Virus record (IMG/VR): IMGVR_UViG_3300032213_001526
Span: 1-58,012 of that record
Strand: one strand, 5' to 3'
DNA from: a virus
Taxonomy: Duplodnaviria > Caudoviricetes
Length of the DNA: 58,012 nt
Position 1 is the stretch's first letter, and the number at the start of each line of letters is the position of its first letter. Of the stretch, positions 44,220-55,263 are shown one piece after another. A program made the translations under genes and the position numbers. The notes under the pieces are model-generated. The model was given only the letters and a program-made list of their open reading frames with translations, was not told the DNA's origin and did no database searches.

Positions 44220-44666
44220 ATGAAGTTCAACAAGTTTGCGACAGACAAGGTGCTGGAGATCGAAGGCGCGTGGGTCGATATCGGCGACGGCGCTCAGGTC
44301 CGCGTGGCGCGTATCGGCAACGATAAGTACACGAAGCGCCTTGAGCACCTGTACAAGCCCTACCGAAAGATGCAACGCACCAACACGGTCCCCGACGATC
44401 TGGCGCGGAAGCTCTTCATCGACGCACTGGCCAACACGGTGCTGCTGGAATGGAAGGGCTTTAAGGACGACAGCGGTGCAGAGATTCCGTACTCGACCGA
44501 ACTGGCGATCACCCAGTTGACCGACCTCAAAGATTTCCGCGAACTGATCGTAGAGATTGCGTCGGAAGCCGCGACGTACCGGAACGACGAGATCGAAGAA
44601 GAGGGCGCAATCCTCGCAAAAAAGTCCAGTGGGACATTGACTGGGGAAGCCGACTCGACGACCTAG
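44220..44666 (+). CDS. tail assembly chaperone (gpG-like)
   Basis: E.EG.WV, RVAR.GN..Y, L..WKG, PYS; lies between tail tube and tape measure genes. Confidence 0.85.
   Translation: MKFNKFATDKVLEIEGAWVDIGDGAQVRVARIGNDKYTKRLEHLYKPYRKMQRTNTVPDDLARKLFIDALANTVLLEWKGFKDDSGAEIPYSTELAITQLTDLKDFRELIVEIASEAATYRNDEIEEEGAILAKKSSGTLTGEADSTT
44618..44624 (+). other. -1 programmed ribosomal frameshift site A AAA AAG
   Basis: in phase (GCA AAA AAG); the -1 frame is open from 44624 into 44717..44944. Confidence 0.85.
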
Positions 44667-44944
44667 CACACATCATCGAATCAGGGGAGGCGCACTTCTG
44701 GAACGAACAGCCAGAAGTGCCTCTCTACTTGGTGCCAGTCTACGAGGGGTTTTGGACATGCAGCACGATGCGCTCCGTTGGCATGACCGCTGGCAGCATC
44801 CCCTTTGACCGAGTCGTGTGGTACTGCGAGCAGTTCTTAGGGGCCAATACACCGGATGAGTTGGATCGGTACGTCCGGCTGATCCGTCGAATGGACAGTG
44901 CCTACGCAAAGGCAACCGCCCCTAAGAAGAAGGAGTCTGCATGA
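44624..44944 (+). CDS. frameshifted C-terminal part of the tail chaperone (gpT-like)
   Basis: open -1 frame VQWDIDWGSR...F......R..GM..G.IP...IRRMD.AY. Confidence 0.8.
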   Translation, partial: VQWDIDWGSRLDDLAHIIESGEAHFWNEQPEVPLYLVPVYEGFWTCSTMRSVGMTAGSIPFDRVVWYCEQFLGANTPDELDRYVRLIRRMDSAYAKATAPKKKESA

Positions 44945-47900
44945 GTAGCCAAGCGATGGACGCGGCAAACCTTTCGTTTTCCGTAGACCCGAGTGGTGCC
45001 AAGACTGGTGCCGCGTCCGTCGTGAAGTCGCTCGACGACATTCGTCGTGCCGCCGCACAGTCGGCCACGGGGTTCCGGCAGCAGGAATCGGCATTCGCGA
45101 AGATGGTGCAGGCGACCCGCCAAGGTCTTGTCATGCTCGGTGCGGGGTTCGCAGCTATGCGGACCGCCAGCCTCATCAAGCAGACCATCGAACTGTCGGC
45201 TCGCTACAATGAGTTGGGCATTGGCCTGACGCGTGTCGCCGCGAACGTCGGCGCATCGAAAGGCCAGATCGTCGCGCTTGAAGAGTCGCTGCGCCGGACG
45301 GGTATCTCGGCCATCCAGTCGCGCCAGTCGATCATGTCGATGGTGCAGGCCAACATGGACCTGACCCAAGCCACCAAGCTCGCCAAGGTCGCGCAGGACG
45401 CCGCCGTGGTGGGGCAGGTCAACTCGTCGGACGCTTTGCAGCGCATTATTTACGGCTTGCAGACCGCGCAGCCGGAAATGCTTCGCACCCTCGGCCTGAC
45501 CGTAAACTTTGAGCAGGCGTACGCGAAGATGGCCGCATCGCTGAACGTCGGGCAGGACGCGCTCACGAACGAGCAGAAGGCACAGGCGCGACTCAACGCG
45601 ACGATGGAGGCGGGTGGCAAGATCACCGGCCTGTACGAAGCGTCCATGACCTCCGCTAGTAAGCAGTTGCGCTCGACCGAGCGGTACGTGCAGGACTTGC
45701 AGGTCCGCCTCGGGTCGCTGTTCCAGCCTGCGTATGGCCTTGCCGTGTTTGCCTACGCGGACGCCCTCAAGTACATGGCAAAAAATACAGACCTCGTGAT
45801 TGTTGGCATCACGGGGATAGCTGCCGTCCTTGGTGCGAGTAAGATGGCGTCAATGCTCACGTCGGCAGCGTCGGCCCTCGGCAATTTTGCCAACAAGTTT
45901 ACAGACTTGGGGCAGCAGAAGATCGCCAAGCCGCTCTTGGCCGCACAGGATCAGGCGTTTCTTGTCCTCAAGGAGGCCAAAGCCCATGTGGTCTTGGCTG
46001 CCGCGCAGCGCGACTCAGCGCTGGCCGAGTCTAAGGGCGCAAAGACGAAGCAGGAAAAGGCAGCGGCTACACTCAACGTGATCGCGGCTGAACGTGCGTA
46101 CACGGCGGCGCTGGCCACTGAGACGGGAGCACAGGTGCAAGCCAACGTCGCACGCAACGCGGCATCGGCAGTGTTCCATAAGCTCACACTCTCAACAATG
46201 GCGGCGGGTGCGGCATCCAAGGCGATGGCGTTTCTCGGCGGTCCGATTGGCGTGGCCATGACGCTTGCCTCTGTTGGGATGGCCAAGTTTGCCACGACTA
46301 CGTCAGAAGCGTCCAAGTTTTCCCAGTCGCACGCGGAGAACTTGCAACTGTACATTGACAAGGTCAAAGAGGCGGAGAAGAACGTCACGAACCTGACGGC
46401 TGCCGAAGCCAATCGGGTCGCGCAGGAAAAGGCGGCACAGCTACGGTCTGTGCAAACAAGCGCAGCCAAGCAGAAGGATGAAATGGGCCTGTCGTCTGGC
46501 GGCGGCATGTTTGGTGAAGCCAAGTCTGCCTACGATGGCCTTTCGCTGTCGCTGTCCGTGAAGGGGCAAAAGGCGCAGTTTGCCATCCAGCAAATCCGCG
46601 AAGAGTTCAAAAAGACTGGGGATATCGACAAGTACAGGCAGTCCCTTGCGTCCATCTTTGAGAAAATGGGGCCGTTGACCGCGTCGCAGGAAGCGTACCG
46701 CGTGAAGCTCACGGAGCAGGCCGTCTCGTATAAGGCAGTCACGCAGTGGATGGACGTGCTGACTGGCAAGGCCCCGGCGTTGACCGAGGCGGTCAAGAAA
46801 GTCACGGACGCCTTCTCTATGACCGAACTCCAGACTGCGGCCCTGACGAAGTCGTACAAGGACACGAACGACGCGCAAACTAAGCTTACACTGGCGCAGC
46901 GGGTCGGCGTGGCAACCGCCAACGCGCATGAAGTTGCGGCTGGCAAGATGAACATGACGCTCACCGAGTTTGAGAAGGTGCTGGGTGGCACTAAGAACGC
47001 GACGTACATGGCTGCTGTTGCGCAGATCGAGTTTGCCGAAAAGACGGCCAAGTCCGAAAAGGGGTTTGCCACGCTAGCAAACGCCGCCAAGGTCTCCAAG
47101 GCGGAGATTGATGCGTTTAATCGCGCCACCCAGAACACAATCAGTGGCTTCACGCGAGCCGCCACCGACGCCGAGCAGTTCTCGGCCCAGTTGGACGAGA
47201 TGCGCGAAGCGGCCAAGAAGCTGGGGCAGCAGGATGCCTTTGAGAAGAAGTGGCTTCCAGCCATGCGCGAGGCGTTCTCGCAGGCGCAACGAAAGGGTGT
47301 TGAAGACCTCAGCCGATCACTCGCCGCGCAGGTCACCAACATTGACCGCAGCACGGCGAGCATTGTCGCGCGTGCAAATGCCACCCGTGCCGGTGGCGCG
47401 GCGCTGGCGACACTCACCGCAAAAGAAGAGGCAACCAACGCCGTTCGCGAAAAAGGGCTGACTGGTATTGTCGCGGTTATTCAGTACCAGCGCATTTACA
47501 CGGCCCTCATGCAAAAGGCGGCTGCCGAGCGGTCGGCCACCTACGCGGCGTCGGTCAAGGAGACTGCCGATCAGATCAGGAATGGGCTAGAAGAAGCGGC
47601 GGCGTACGAAAAGGGCGGCGAAGCAGTCACAAACTTCACCAAGAAGATTGCCATTTTAAACCTCATCAAACAGGGCCGCACGTTGTTTGATGCCACGTTG
47701 ATCGTGTCGCAGCTGGAAGACATTGAGCGGCGCATCGACAAGGCCAAGGGCGCGGCAAGCATTATGAAGGAAGCCTTCCTTGAAGCCTCACGCGGGATTC
47801 AACGGACTTTCTCGACGGCAATTGCTGACATGTTCAACGGGTCGCTCAAAGACGCCAAAGCTTACGGCGACCAGATGATCGACCTCTTCAAGAATATTGG

Positions 47901-50193
47901 CGCACAGATCGCGGCGGCGTTTGTCATGAAGAAGCTCGGCATCCCTGACATGCTGAAGCAAATCGAAAATGGCACGTTCGGTTTGCAAGACATGATGGGC
48001 GGCGGCATGCTCAAAGGGAAAGGTGCGCTGACCAAAGGCGCGGCTGGCGTCGTCGTCGGCGGCGCCGTTGGCTACTCGACTGGTAACGCTGCGCTTGGCG
48101 CCCTCTCTGGCGCTGGCGCTGGCTTCGCCGTAGCCGGACCTATCGGGGCGGCGGCTGGTGCCGTGGCGGGGCTGGTAGGCGGCATGATTGGCCATGCCAA
48201 GGCAATGCGCGAGGAGCAGAAGCGGGTTGAAGAGGTCACGCGCCAGTACAAGCGGTCAATGGAGGATTTCGCGGCAGCGTTCATCCAGCCGCTTACCGAC
48301 GTGCAGAAGCAGACCAAAGAGCTTCAAACATGGGCCAAGGAGCAAGCAAGTATCGCAGCATCCGCCCTCGGAAAGAACGCAAAGCTTGGCGGCAAGGATA
48401 CGGAACTAACCCCTTCGCAGCTACAAGAGATCGCAGCGTATGCAGACTTGATTGCATCGCTGAGTTTTGGGCCAAAAGGCATAGAAAAGTGGCAGACCTT
48501 TGCCGCGCAGATTCGGGAGACGGCAGAAGTGCTGAGTAAGGCGTATGTCAAAACAGCAGAAGCTCGCGCCAAGGCCGAAAGCACCTTCAACGAGGAACTG
48601 GCAGCACGCGCCGCGTCTACGGTGGGCAACGAAGCAGAAGCTGATGCTATCCGTCTTCGCCTCCGTCACCAAACAGAGTTAGATGACGCCACGCTAAAAG
48701 GGTTTACAGCGACAACTATTGCGGAACTCAAGCGCGTGCAAGCGCTTGAGGCGTCAACCATTGCGCTACGGCGTGCCCAAGAGATGGAACGCGAGCGTCT
48801 TGATTTTGCGATTGACTATACCGCTCGACTTGGGAAACTGACGGGGAACACTGAGTTATCTGCTATTGCAGAGGCTGAGTCGACGCGCCAATCCGACACA
48901 CGCGGGGCAGATGATTTATTGAAGCGCGGAGTCATCTCGCAGCAGCAGTACGACGAGTTTATGAAGTTGATTAACCAAGCGTTTGCTGGCGCACTTGAAG
49001 AACGCAAGCAGGGGTATAGAGACCGGCAGGAAGACCTTGGTGTTCGTCGGCTTGCTGGCCTTGGGGCAGATAGTGCCGCCGAAGACCTTGCGTTCCGCCT
49101 CTCGCAGGAACGAGAACTGCGAGACGCCATGAAAGACACGTCCCATGAAGGCCAGCTGTACGCTAACACCCTCAAAGAAGTGCAAGAGATCGAAAAGGCT
49201 GCGCGTGACGCCGCAAAAGTCAAGGCTGAAGCGGCGCGTATCCAAGCGGCTGCTGACGCCCAAGGCGACTTGTCGGTCCGTGCGCTTGTTGCGAGCGGGA
49301 AAAGCGCAGAGGCTGAAACACTGGCGTTTCGCCTTGCGCAAGAGCGCGAGATGCGTGAAGCCATGAAGGACACCACCGCAGAGGGGTTCGCGTACGCGGC
49401 CTCGTTGCGTGAAGTGCAAGCCGCAGAAGTCGCGGCACGGAACGCTGCCATCGAAAAAGCAAACGTCGAGTTAGGGCAGTCTATTGACGTTCGCATGCTT
49501 CGCGCACAGGGGAAAGGTGGTGAAGCAGACGCGATGCAGCTTTCTATTGACCGTTCGCGGGAGATTGCTGACGCAGCAACCGCAGAGCTAAAAGCACGGC
49601 TTGTTCTCTTGCACGCTATGGAGGACGAAGCTCGCGCTCGCGAACTGTCTCGGGCAAATCAGGCAGACTACAACTCTATCCTTGTTGAAACGCTCCAATT
49701 GCAAGGGCGTAGCGCGGACGCGGCGCGTGTCGAATTTGACTATCGCCAAGCCATGTTCCTTGACGAACTCAACCAAAAGTTTCAGTTGGGGCAAATCCTA
49801 AAAGCCACGTATGATCTTGGCATAGGGCTGATAGGATTGCGAAACACGGCGTTTGAGCGATCGCAAGCTGCTCAAGCACAAAAAGAGTCGTTTGCCCCAT
49901 CATCGTCATCTATGTGGGAATCTCAAAGCACAAACAGAAGTGACGAGACCACGACCATTGGCGACGGCACAGTGTCTATGCGAAGCGGCGGGTCTATTAC
50001 AGAGACCACGTCGCTCCAGCTTGTTGACTATGCCTCGTCGCAACTTGCGGTGCAGCGACGGATTCTTGCCGTGCTAGAGGCACGCGACACAAGCCCTACG
50101 GCAAACTCTCCGCTCAGTGGTACGTTGCTGGATCGAACGCTCGGGCAAAACGTTGACTCAACGGCACTTCTTGTGAGCGGAGTTATTACATGA
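44941..50193 (+). CDS. tape measure protein
   Basis: 1750 aa, Ala-rich helical, Gly-rich hydrophobic segment; follows the chaperone genes. Confidence 0.93.
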   Translation: MSSQAMDAANLSFSVDPSGAKTGAASVVKSLDDIRRAAAQSATGFRQQESAFAKMVQATRQGLVMLGAGFAAMRTASLIKQTIELSARYNELGIGLTRVAANVGASKGQIVALEESLRRTGISAIQSRQSIMSMVQANMDLTQATKLAKVAQDAAVVGQVNSSDALQRIIYGLQTAQPEMLRTLGLTVNFEQAYAKMAASLNVGQDALTNEQKAQARLNATMEAGGKITGLYEASMTSASKQLRSTERYVQDLQVRLGSLFQPAYGLAVFAYADALKYMAKNTDLVIVGITGIAAVLGASKMASMLTSAASALGNFANKFTDLGQQKIAKPLLAAQDQAFLVLKEAKAHVVLAAAQRDSALAESKGAKTKQEKAAATLNVIAAERAYTAALATETGAQVQANVARNAASAVFHKLTLSTMAAGAASKAMAFLGGPIGVAMTLASVGMAKFATTTSEASKFSQSHAENLQLYIDKVKEAEKNVTNLTAAEANRVAQEKAAQLRSVQTSAAKQKDEMGLSSGGGMFGEAKSAYDGLSLSLSVKGQKAQFAIQQIREEFKKTGDIDKYRQSLASIFEKMGPLTASQEAYRVKLTEQAVSYKAVTQWMDVLTGKAPALTEAVKKVTDAFSMTELQTAALTKSYKDTNDAQTKLTLAQRVGVATANAHEVAAGKMNMTLTEFEKVLGGTKNATYMAAVAQIEFAEKTAKSEKGFATLANAAKVSKAEIDAFNRATQNTISGFTRAATDAEQFSAQLDEMREAAKKLGQQDAFEKKWLPAMREAFSQAQRKGVEDLSRSLAAQVTNIDRSTASIVARANATRAGGAALATLTAKEEATNAVREKGLTGIVAVIQYQRIYTALMQKAAAERSATYAASVKETADQIRNGLEEAAAYEKGGEAVTNFTKKIAILNLIKQGRTLFDATLIVSQLEDIERRIDKAKGAASIMKEAFLEASRGIQRTFSTAIADMFNGSLKDAKAYGDQMIDLFKNIGAQIAAAFVMKKLGIPDMLKQIENGTFGLQDMMGGGMLKGKGALTKGAAGVVVGGAVGYSTGNAALGALSGAGAGFAVAGPIGAAAGAVAGLVGGMIGHAKAMREEQKRVEEVTRQYKRSMEDFAAAFIQPLTDVQKQTKELQTWAKEQASIAASALGKNAKLGGKDTELTPSQLQEIAAYADLIASLSFGPKGIEKWQTFAAQIRETAEVLSKAYVKTAEARAKAESTFNEELAARAASTVGNEAEADAIRLRLRHQTELDDATLKGFTATTIAELKRVQALEASTIALRRAQEMERERLDFAIDYTARLGKLTGNTELSAIAEAESTRQSDTRGADDLLKRGVISQQQYDEFMKLINQAFAGALEERKQGYRDRQEDLGVRRLAGLGADSAAEDLAFRLSQERELRDAMKDTSHEGQLYANTLKEVQEIEKAARDAAKVKAEAARIQAAADAQGDLSVRALVASGKSAEAETLAFRLAQEREMREAMKDTTAEGFAYAASLREVQAAEVAARNAAIEKANVELGQSIDVRMLRAQGKGGEADAMQLSIDRSREIADAATAELKARLVLLHAMEDEARARELSRANQADYNSILVETLQLQGRSADAARVEFDYRQAMFLDELNQKFQLGQILKATYDLGIGLIGLRNTAFERSQAAQAQKESFAPSSSSMWESQSTNRSDETTTIGDGTVSMRSGGSITETTSLQLVDYASSQLAVQRRILAVLEARDTSPTANSPLSGTLLDRTLGQNVDSTALLVSGVIT

Positions 50194-53100
50194 GCGCACA
50201 GGTTTCTCTCTGGAGCGACTACGCAGCGGCAAGCGGTGTCTTGCGTGGTCCGCTCCCGTTTGTTGGAGGAGCCGTCAAGACTCGCGTAGACGGAGACGAC
50301 CGCCTCGAAATGGTCGTGAGCAAGGCGCGATGGGCTGAGCTTGCAGGCGACATTCGCAATGTGCTTCGCGTCGTGTGGCCAGAAGGCACCGTTGAAGAAT
50401 ATCGTATCTCCCGCGTCGACACGAACGACAACGCTTCAACGATTACGCTGACGGCGCTCCCCGTGTTTGCTGATCTTGTCACTGGAGGGTTAATCCTCCG
50501 CTACGTTGGTGGCAACGTGGTCACGCGGGTAGCCGGAGAACTGACGGTGACGACGTGGATTAACACGTACGTCCTTCCGCACAGCAGCGCCGTGCGCCTC
50601 AATCTTGTTCTCGGAACGCTTGATCGAAACCCCGTTGTTTCGCTAGACCTCGATGCGCCAAATCCCGGCTCGTTGATTCGCGAGCTGTTTAGTCTTGCAG
50701 GACTTGAGCTAGAGATGACGCGAATTAACGACACGGGGTGGACGTTGCACGGTCGCGTAGCGCGAGGCAGTACAACGCCAGCGCTGACGGTTTTGCGCTC
50801 TGTCAACCAACAAGCCCTTGTCGCGTCAGTTGACGAGTCGTCTCTTGCTACAGTGGTTGTGCCGCTTGGCGACGCTGACCCTTCGTCTGGCGACCGTGCG
50901 TCAATTATGCGCGTTCAGTACACGGTTGGCACGGTAGTTGGGTCGTTGGTGCAATTACTTGACCCAACAACTGGCGTGTCGCCAATCCAAGTAGACACGC
51001 AATGGGTCGGCGCGTATGTCGAAAACTCAAGCGGTGTACGGCAAGTTATTACAGACAGCCGTGCGTTAGACGGGACAGTCCAAATATCCAATACTGCTGG
51101 GTTTACAGCAGGAACACGGTGTCGCCTGTGCTCAAACGCAGCCGGAGATGCCCTGTTTGAGGTGTTTGATGCTACGTCTATTGGAACACGCGGACGGCGC
51201 GTAGTGCCTGTTGTTGTTGCTGGGCAACGAGGCGAAGCCAATGAACTGTTAAACGGCGGGTTTAGTACAAGTCTTACCGGGTGGTCTGCGCTCAATGCGA
51301 CGACGCCTCCGGCATACGCCGAACTTGTGCGAACAGAACTCAACACGACGGTCACTGGATCGCACGACGGGGCTCGCGCAGCATCGACAGGCACCGGAAC
51401 GCCGCTTGCGCTAAAAGGGTTACCGGCTAATTCCTTTGTTCGGCAAAAAGACACCATCAAAATTGGCGGCGCTATTTTGTCGGTGACGGCAGACGCCATC
51501 CCAGATACCTCTGGCGTTATTACGCTCACGCTCGGCGGCGGCGGACTTCCGGGAAGTTATCCCGACAACACGGCGTTTCAGTTAGACCGACGCGAAATTC
51601 GCACGTTGACGCTTGACGGCGAGCATTCTGCGCTGTCGCCAAACCTGCGTTTTACCGACAGCAACACGGATGGGATATTTGCCGTTAACAACGGCGCGTT
51701 ATCAAGCACGTCTGGCGGCTTTGTCACAACGATTCAGTCTATTGAGTATGTGGATGCCCCATTGCAAGCTGGTCGTATCCGCGTGCAATCGCCGTACATC
51801 CAAGCGCTTGATTTGGGAGCTTCTGGGATTACGCTAGACCAAGTGTATGTGGGAACGTTTTCTCCAGTTTCTGGTGCGGCCTCTGCGTCAATGCAAATTT
51901 ATGGCACGGGAAGTACACCAATTGTGGTTGGGACAACGCGCATTCGATACTACACGCAAAGCAGTTCGTATATGACTGTTCGCGTCACTGCAAACCTTGG
52001 CGGCGGCTATTACACGGTCGTGCCAGAAGGGGTAGCAACGCTTTTGCCGTGGTCTGGCATTGGCTACGACGCAGCAAACAACTGGTTTGTCATGACTGTC
52101 AGCAACATTGTCATGGCAAGCGGGTCAACGTGGACGTGTATTATTGCGCACGAATCTCGCACAATGTACTGCAACGGCGCTGTCAGTTTGGGAGCAACGT
52201 CGTTGCCGTGCAAAGCACAGGCAAATCTTGCCACGCGAAATTGGGTGGCAACCGATACGATTTCTATAACACGAAGCGTTACAGCAACGCTGGCTATTAC
52301 CGGCATTACGTCTGCCCAAGGCCTTGAAGAATACAATGAAGCAACAGGAACGTACTATCCCGTTATTGGTATTGAGGCATTTGTCACGTACAACGCCAGC
52401 ACGAGCACAATGGACGATCTTACCAATGGCGTCGACTGGGGCGTTGGAGACGTGTTTTTTGATCTCGGGACTGGAGGAGGACTGTGGCGGCTCGACGCTA
52501 TTGGCGGCGGCACAGCGACCTTGGTCAATTTTGGACTGTGGATCAACGATCACCCCGTTCCTTTTTCTACTCCGCAAACTGTGTCGGCGACATGGACAAA
52601 AGCAGGGACGTTCGCATTGTCCGGTACCGCGTCATGGGGCACTAATGGACGTGTTACGTTGACGCTAGCAAGTGCTGTGCCCACTGGCTACAATTTTGCG
52701 CGTGGCCAAGTGGTCACGTCAAATTGGAACACTGGGTGTATGCGGCTGCACGTTGCTCTTGCTCCGGGAGCAACAACAGTTCAACTGTTTGGGCATGATT
52801 TTTTTTATGCGACAACTGACCCTGCTTCATCGTCTCGCGGCGCGTTGTACCGCATTGCCGCAAGCGGCAGCCTTTTGCCAATCCCCGGCAACACGCTTAT
52901 TGCCGCGTCAACCGCGCAAGCAAATGGCAGCGGAGTTGCTAGCGTAACCGTTACCGCAGCAAACGCTAACCCTATTGCCAACAACGAAGCCGTTACGATT
53001 GTTCGCCCAAGCCTGTTGCGGTCGTCTGACACAACAACTGGGAGCGTCGTGCGCCTGTGTACAGCAATTGGCGGTTCTAATATTCCGATCTCAACAACAC

Positions 53101-53747
53101 CGGGGATCGGCTCGTCGACGTTTGCTGTGGTCGTGCCGGTAGGCTTTACCGTCCCCGTGACGCTTTTTGTCACCGTATCCATGAGCGCTGGATCATACGC
53201 GCTTGGACAGCAGCCAGCCATTGCGCTGTTTGACGGCAGCGGGGCAGTGCTCACGTATGCGCGACTTTCAACTGGCACGGTTGTTGTCGCCTCTACGCCC
53301 ACCGTTGTCCGCCTGATCGTCACGCACACGTTCTCGGCGTCAACGACGTGCCGACTTGGCATCTATGGCGGGGCAACGGACGCTGGACAGTGGAGCGTCG
53401 TTCTTGACGCCATGTTGGCCGTGACCGCGCAAACCGATGTGCCATTCACGCCATCAAGTTGGGCCAACGCACTCGCGCAAAAAGGCATTGACGTGCTGGC
53501 TGTTCGACGGAACGCCACAGCGGCACTCGAAATAGACGTGGCGACCCTGCGACACTGGACGGACGCAGCTCCAACCGCTGCTCCAATTATCCTTGGGCAG
53601 ACCATCGTTGCCCCGTTGTATGCCGTCTCTCGGCGCGTCTTGTCTGTAACGCGGTCGCTAAGTAACGACGATGACGCAAGGGTAGAGCTTGGCACTATCT
53701 CAACAGACCTTACGCGACGGGTCGCAAAACTTATCGGAGACGGCTGA
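50190..53747 (+). CDS. tail tip/hub protein (Tal-like) with a large inserted beta-rich region
   Basis: N-terminal L.M....EYRI..V, N......D...LAT.VVPLG; C-terminal RV....R......RVELG. Confidence 0.65.
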   Translation: MSAQVSLWSDYAAASGVLRGPLPFVGGAVKTRVDGDDRLEMVVSKARWAELAGDIRNVLRVVWPEGTVEEYRISRVDTNDNASTITLTALPVFADLVTGGLILRYVGGNVVTRVAGELTVTTWINTYVLPHSSAVRLNLVLGTLDRNPVVSLDLDAPNPGSLIRELFSLAGLELEMTRINDTGWTLHGRVARGSTTPALTVLRSVNQQALVASVDESSLATVVVPLGDADPSSGDRASIMRVQYTVGTVVGSLVQLLDPTTGVSPIQVDTQWVGAYVENSSGVRQVITDSRALDGTVQISNTAGFTAGTRCRLCSNAAGDALFEVFDATSIGTRGRRVVPVVVAGQRGEANELLNGGFSTSLTGWSALNATTPPAYAELVRTELNTTVTGSHDGARAASTGTGTPLALKGLPANSFVRQKDTIKIGGAILSVTADAIPDTSGVITLTLGGGGLPGSYPDNTAFQLDRREIRTLTLDGEHSALSPNLRFTDSNTDGIFAVNNGALSSTSGGFVTTIQSIEYVDAPLQAGRIRVQSPYIQALDLGASGITLDQVYVGTFSPVSGAASASMQIYGTGSTPIVVGTTRIRYYTQSSSYMTVRVTANLGGGYYTVVPEGVATLLPWSGIGYDAANNWFVMTVSNIVMASGSTWTCIIAHESRTMYCNGAVSLGATSLPCKAQANLATRNWVATDTISITRSVTATLAITGITSAQGLEEYNEATGTYYPVIGIEAFVTYNASTSTMDDLTNGVDWGVGDVFFDLGTGGGLWRLDAIGGGTATLVNFGLWINDHPVPFSTPQTVSATWTKAGTFALSGTASWGTNGRVTLTLASAVPTGYNFARGQVVTSNWNTGCMRLHVALAPGATTVQLFGHDFFYATTDPASSSRGALYRIAASGSLLPIPGNTLIAASTAQANGSGVASVTVTAANANPIANNEAVTIVRPSLLRSSDTTTGSVVRLCTAIGGSNIPISTTPGIGSSTFAVVVPVGFTVPVTLFVTVSMSAGSYALGQQPAIALFDGSGAVLTYARLSTGTVVVASTPTVVRLIVTHTFSASTTCRLGIYGGATDAGQWSVVLDAMLAVTAQTDVPFTPSSWANALAQKGIDVLAVRRNATAALEIDVATLRHWTDAAPTAAPIILGQTIVAPLYAVSRRVLSVTRSLSNDDDARVELGTISTDLTRRVAKLIGDG

Positions 53748-54517
53748 TGTACCTGAACAATAAGTTGCTCTCGGATATGGGTGTGTTTATTAGCACCATG
53801 TCAAACTGGTTGACAGCGTCGCGCTCTACGCCGTCTTTTCTCAGCGTAGCGGGGTCTTTAGAGCAGCTAGCGTCAAGTTACGATCCTGCACAAGCGCGAC
53901 TTATTACGGTTCGTGCGTCAATATACCCCGGCACGCTTGGTGGTCGAGAAGCGTCAATTGCCGCATTAGAAACGGCACTTCGTGGCCGCTGTCTTTTTCG
54001 GACCACGGATCGCCCATCTACGCAAACTGTCGTGTACTGCATTGGCGTGACGTACGCGCCTCGCGATGACGCACCCCAGCTTGTTGACGCGCTGTTTGAG
54101 TGTGAGATCACGTTCGTGGCGCTCTACGGCGGGTCGGAAGACTACATTCCGCCGCCGCCTCTTGCCATCACTTCGACCGCAACGCCAGTCTCGCTTGGCA
54201 CACTACCAAGCGGCGGGTGGTTGTTTGCGTACGGCGGAACGTCGCCGCTGACCATCACGTACGCCAGCGCAAACGGATCACTGACGACGACGCTTGTCGT
54301 TACTGGGACGCTTGCAACCGGAGAGCACTTTGCGTTGGACCTTGATCGGCAAGACGTATGGAAGGTGACTGCCGCAGGCGTTCGCACCCGCTTTGCGGCG
54401 GTGTCTGGTACATGGCCAGCCCTTGATCCGATAGACGCGGCTGGCACAGCCATGCCAACGCTTGCCGTGTCGAGCGGCACGGCCATTTTGTCTACCCGTC
54501 GTCGCTGGAGAGTGTAA
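53747..54517 (+). CDS. distal tail protein (Dit-like)
   Basis: MYLN...L.DMG, R.I.V, L..AL, T.DRP, ITF; ends RRRW. Confidence 0.55.
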   Translation: MYLNNKLLSDMGVFISTMSNWLTASRSTPSFLSVAGSLEQLASSYDPAQARLITVRASIYPGTLGGREASIAALETALRGRCLFRTTDRPSTQTVVYCIGVTYAPRDDAPQLVDALFECEITFVALYGGSEDYIPPPPLAITSTATPVSLGTLPSGGWLFAYGGTSPLTITYASANGSLTTTLVVTGTLATGEHFALDLDRQDVWKVTAAGVRTRFAAVSGTWPALDPIDAAGTAMPTLAVSSGTAILSTRRRWRV

Positions 54518-55263
54518 TGACACGAGACTCGCGGTTTACGCTTGCGCCAGTTTCTTCAACGCTGCTTGCGTGGGACCTCCAAGACGGCGTCGCCTTTGAG
54601 GCATCGACTGGTTTGCTTGCTGCCCGAAGTGGCCAGCGTGGCACATGGTCACGCGGCGGCGTCGCGTCAGCGGCTGGCATACTTACGTCGAACGGATCGT
54701 ATACGGCACCAGCGTCGCTCCCTTCGTACGAGGCGCGGACCATTAACGGCGTCTCACAGACGACGCTGAACATGGACGCGAATGCGTCAGTCGTATTCCC
54801 GTGCGGCTTTGCTCCACAAATACTGACGGGGTACCTCTCATTTATTGAGCTTGGAGCGAGAACGACCGTCAATAGTACGCTGTTTGCTGTTAGCGGCGAT
54901 GACCCAACAACTGGCGTTCGGCTATACATCGACACAACAGGGACGTATTACCGCATCACATACCACAACGGCACGACTTCTGTCACGGCAACGCTAGCCA
55001 GTGGAACGCCAGCCTCTGGCGACCACGTCGCATTGTGGTGGGTGTGGACGGCTTCGGGGCTGACATTAAAGCAGTCTATTAACGGCGCGGCAGCAACGAC
55101 GGCATTTTCTGGCGCACTGGCGTTGCCAAGTGCATGGGCTGTCGGCAGCAAAATCCGGCTAAACCGGCGTGGCTTGACCCAGAATCCAGCGTCTGGAGCG
55201 TACGGCAAGCTTGTACTAGCTCCGGGGTCTCTGAGTGACGCTGGTATCGTGGAGGTCTGGTAA
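54517..55263 (+). CDS. LamG-like tail protein
   Basis: beta-rich; HVALWW, SING. Confidence 0.55.
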   Translation: MTRDSRFTLAPVSSTLLAWDLQDGVAFEASTGLLAARSGQRGTWSRGGVASAAGILTSNGSYTAPASLPSYEARTINGVSQTTLNMDANASVVFPCGFAPQILTGYLSFIELGARTTVNSTLFAVSGDDPTTGVRLYIDTTGTYYRITYHNGTTSVTATLASGTPASGDHVALWWVWTASGLTLKQSINGAAATTAFSGALALPSAWAVGSKIRLNRRGLTQNPASGAYGKLVLAPGSLSDAGIVEVW

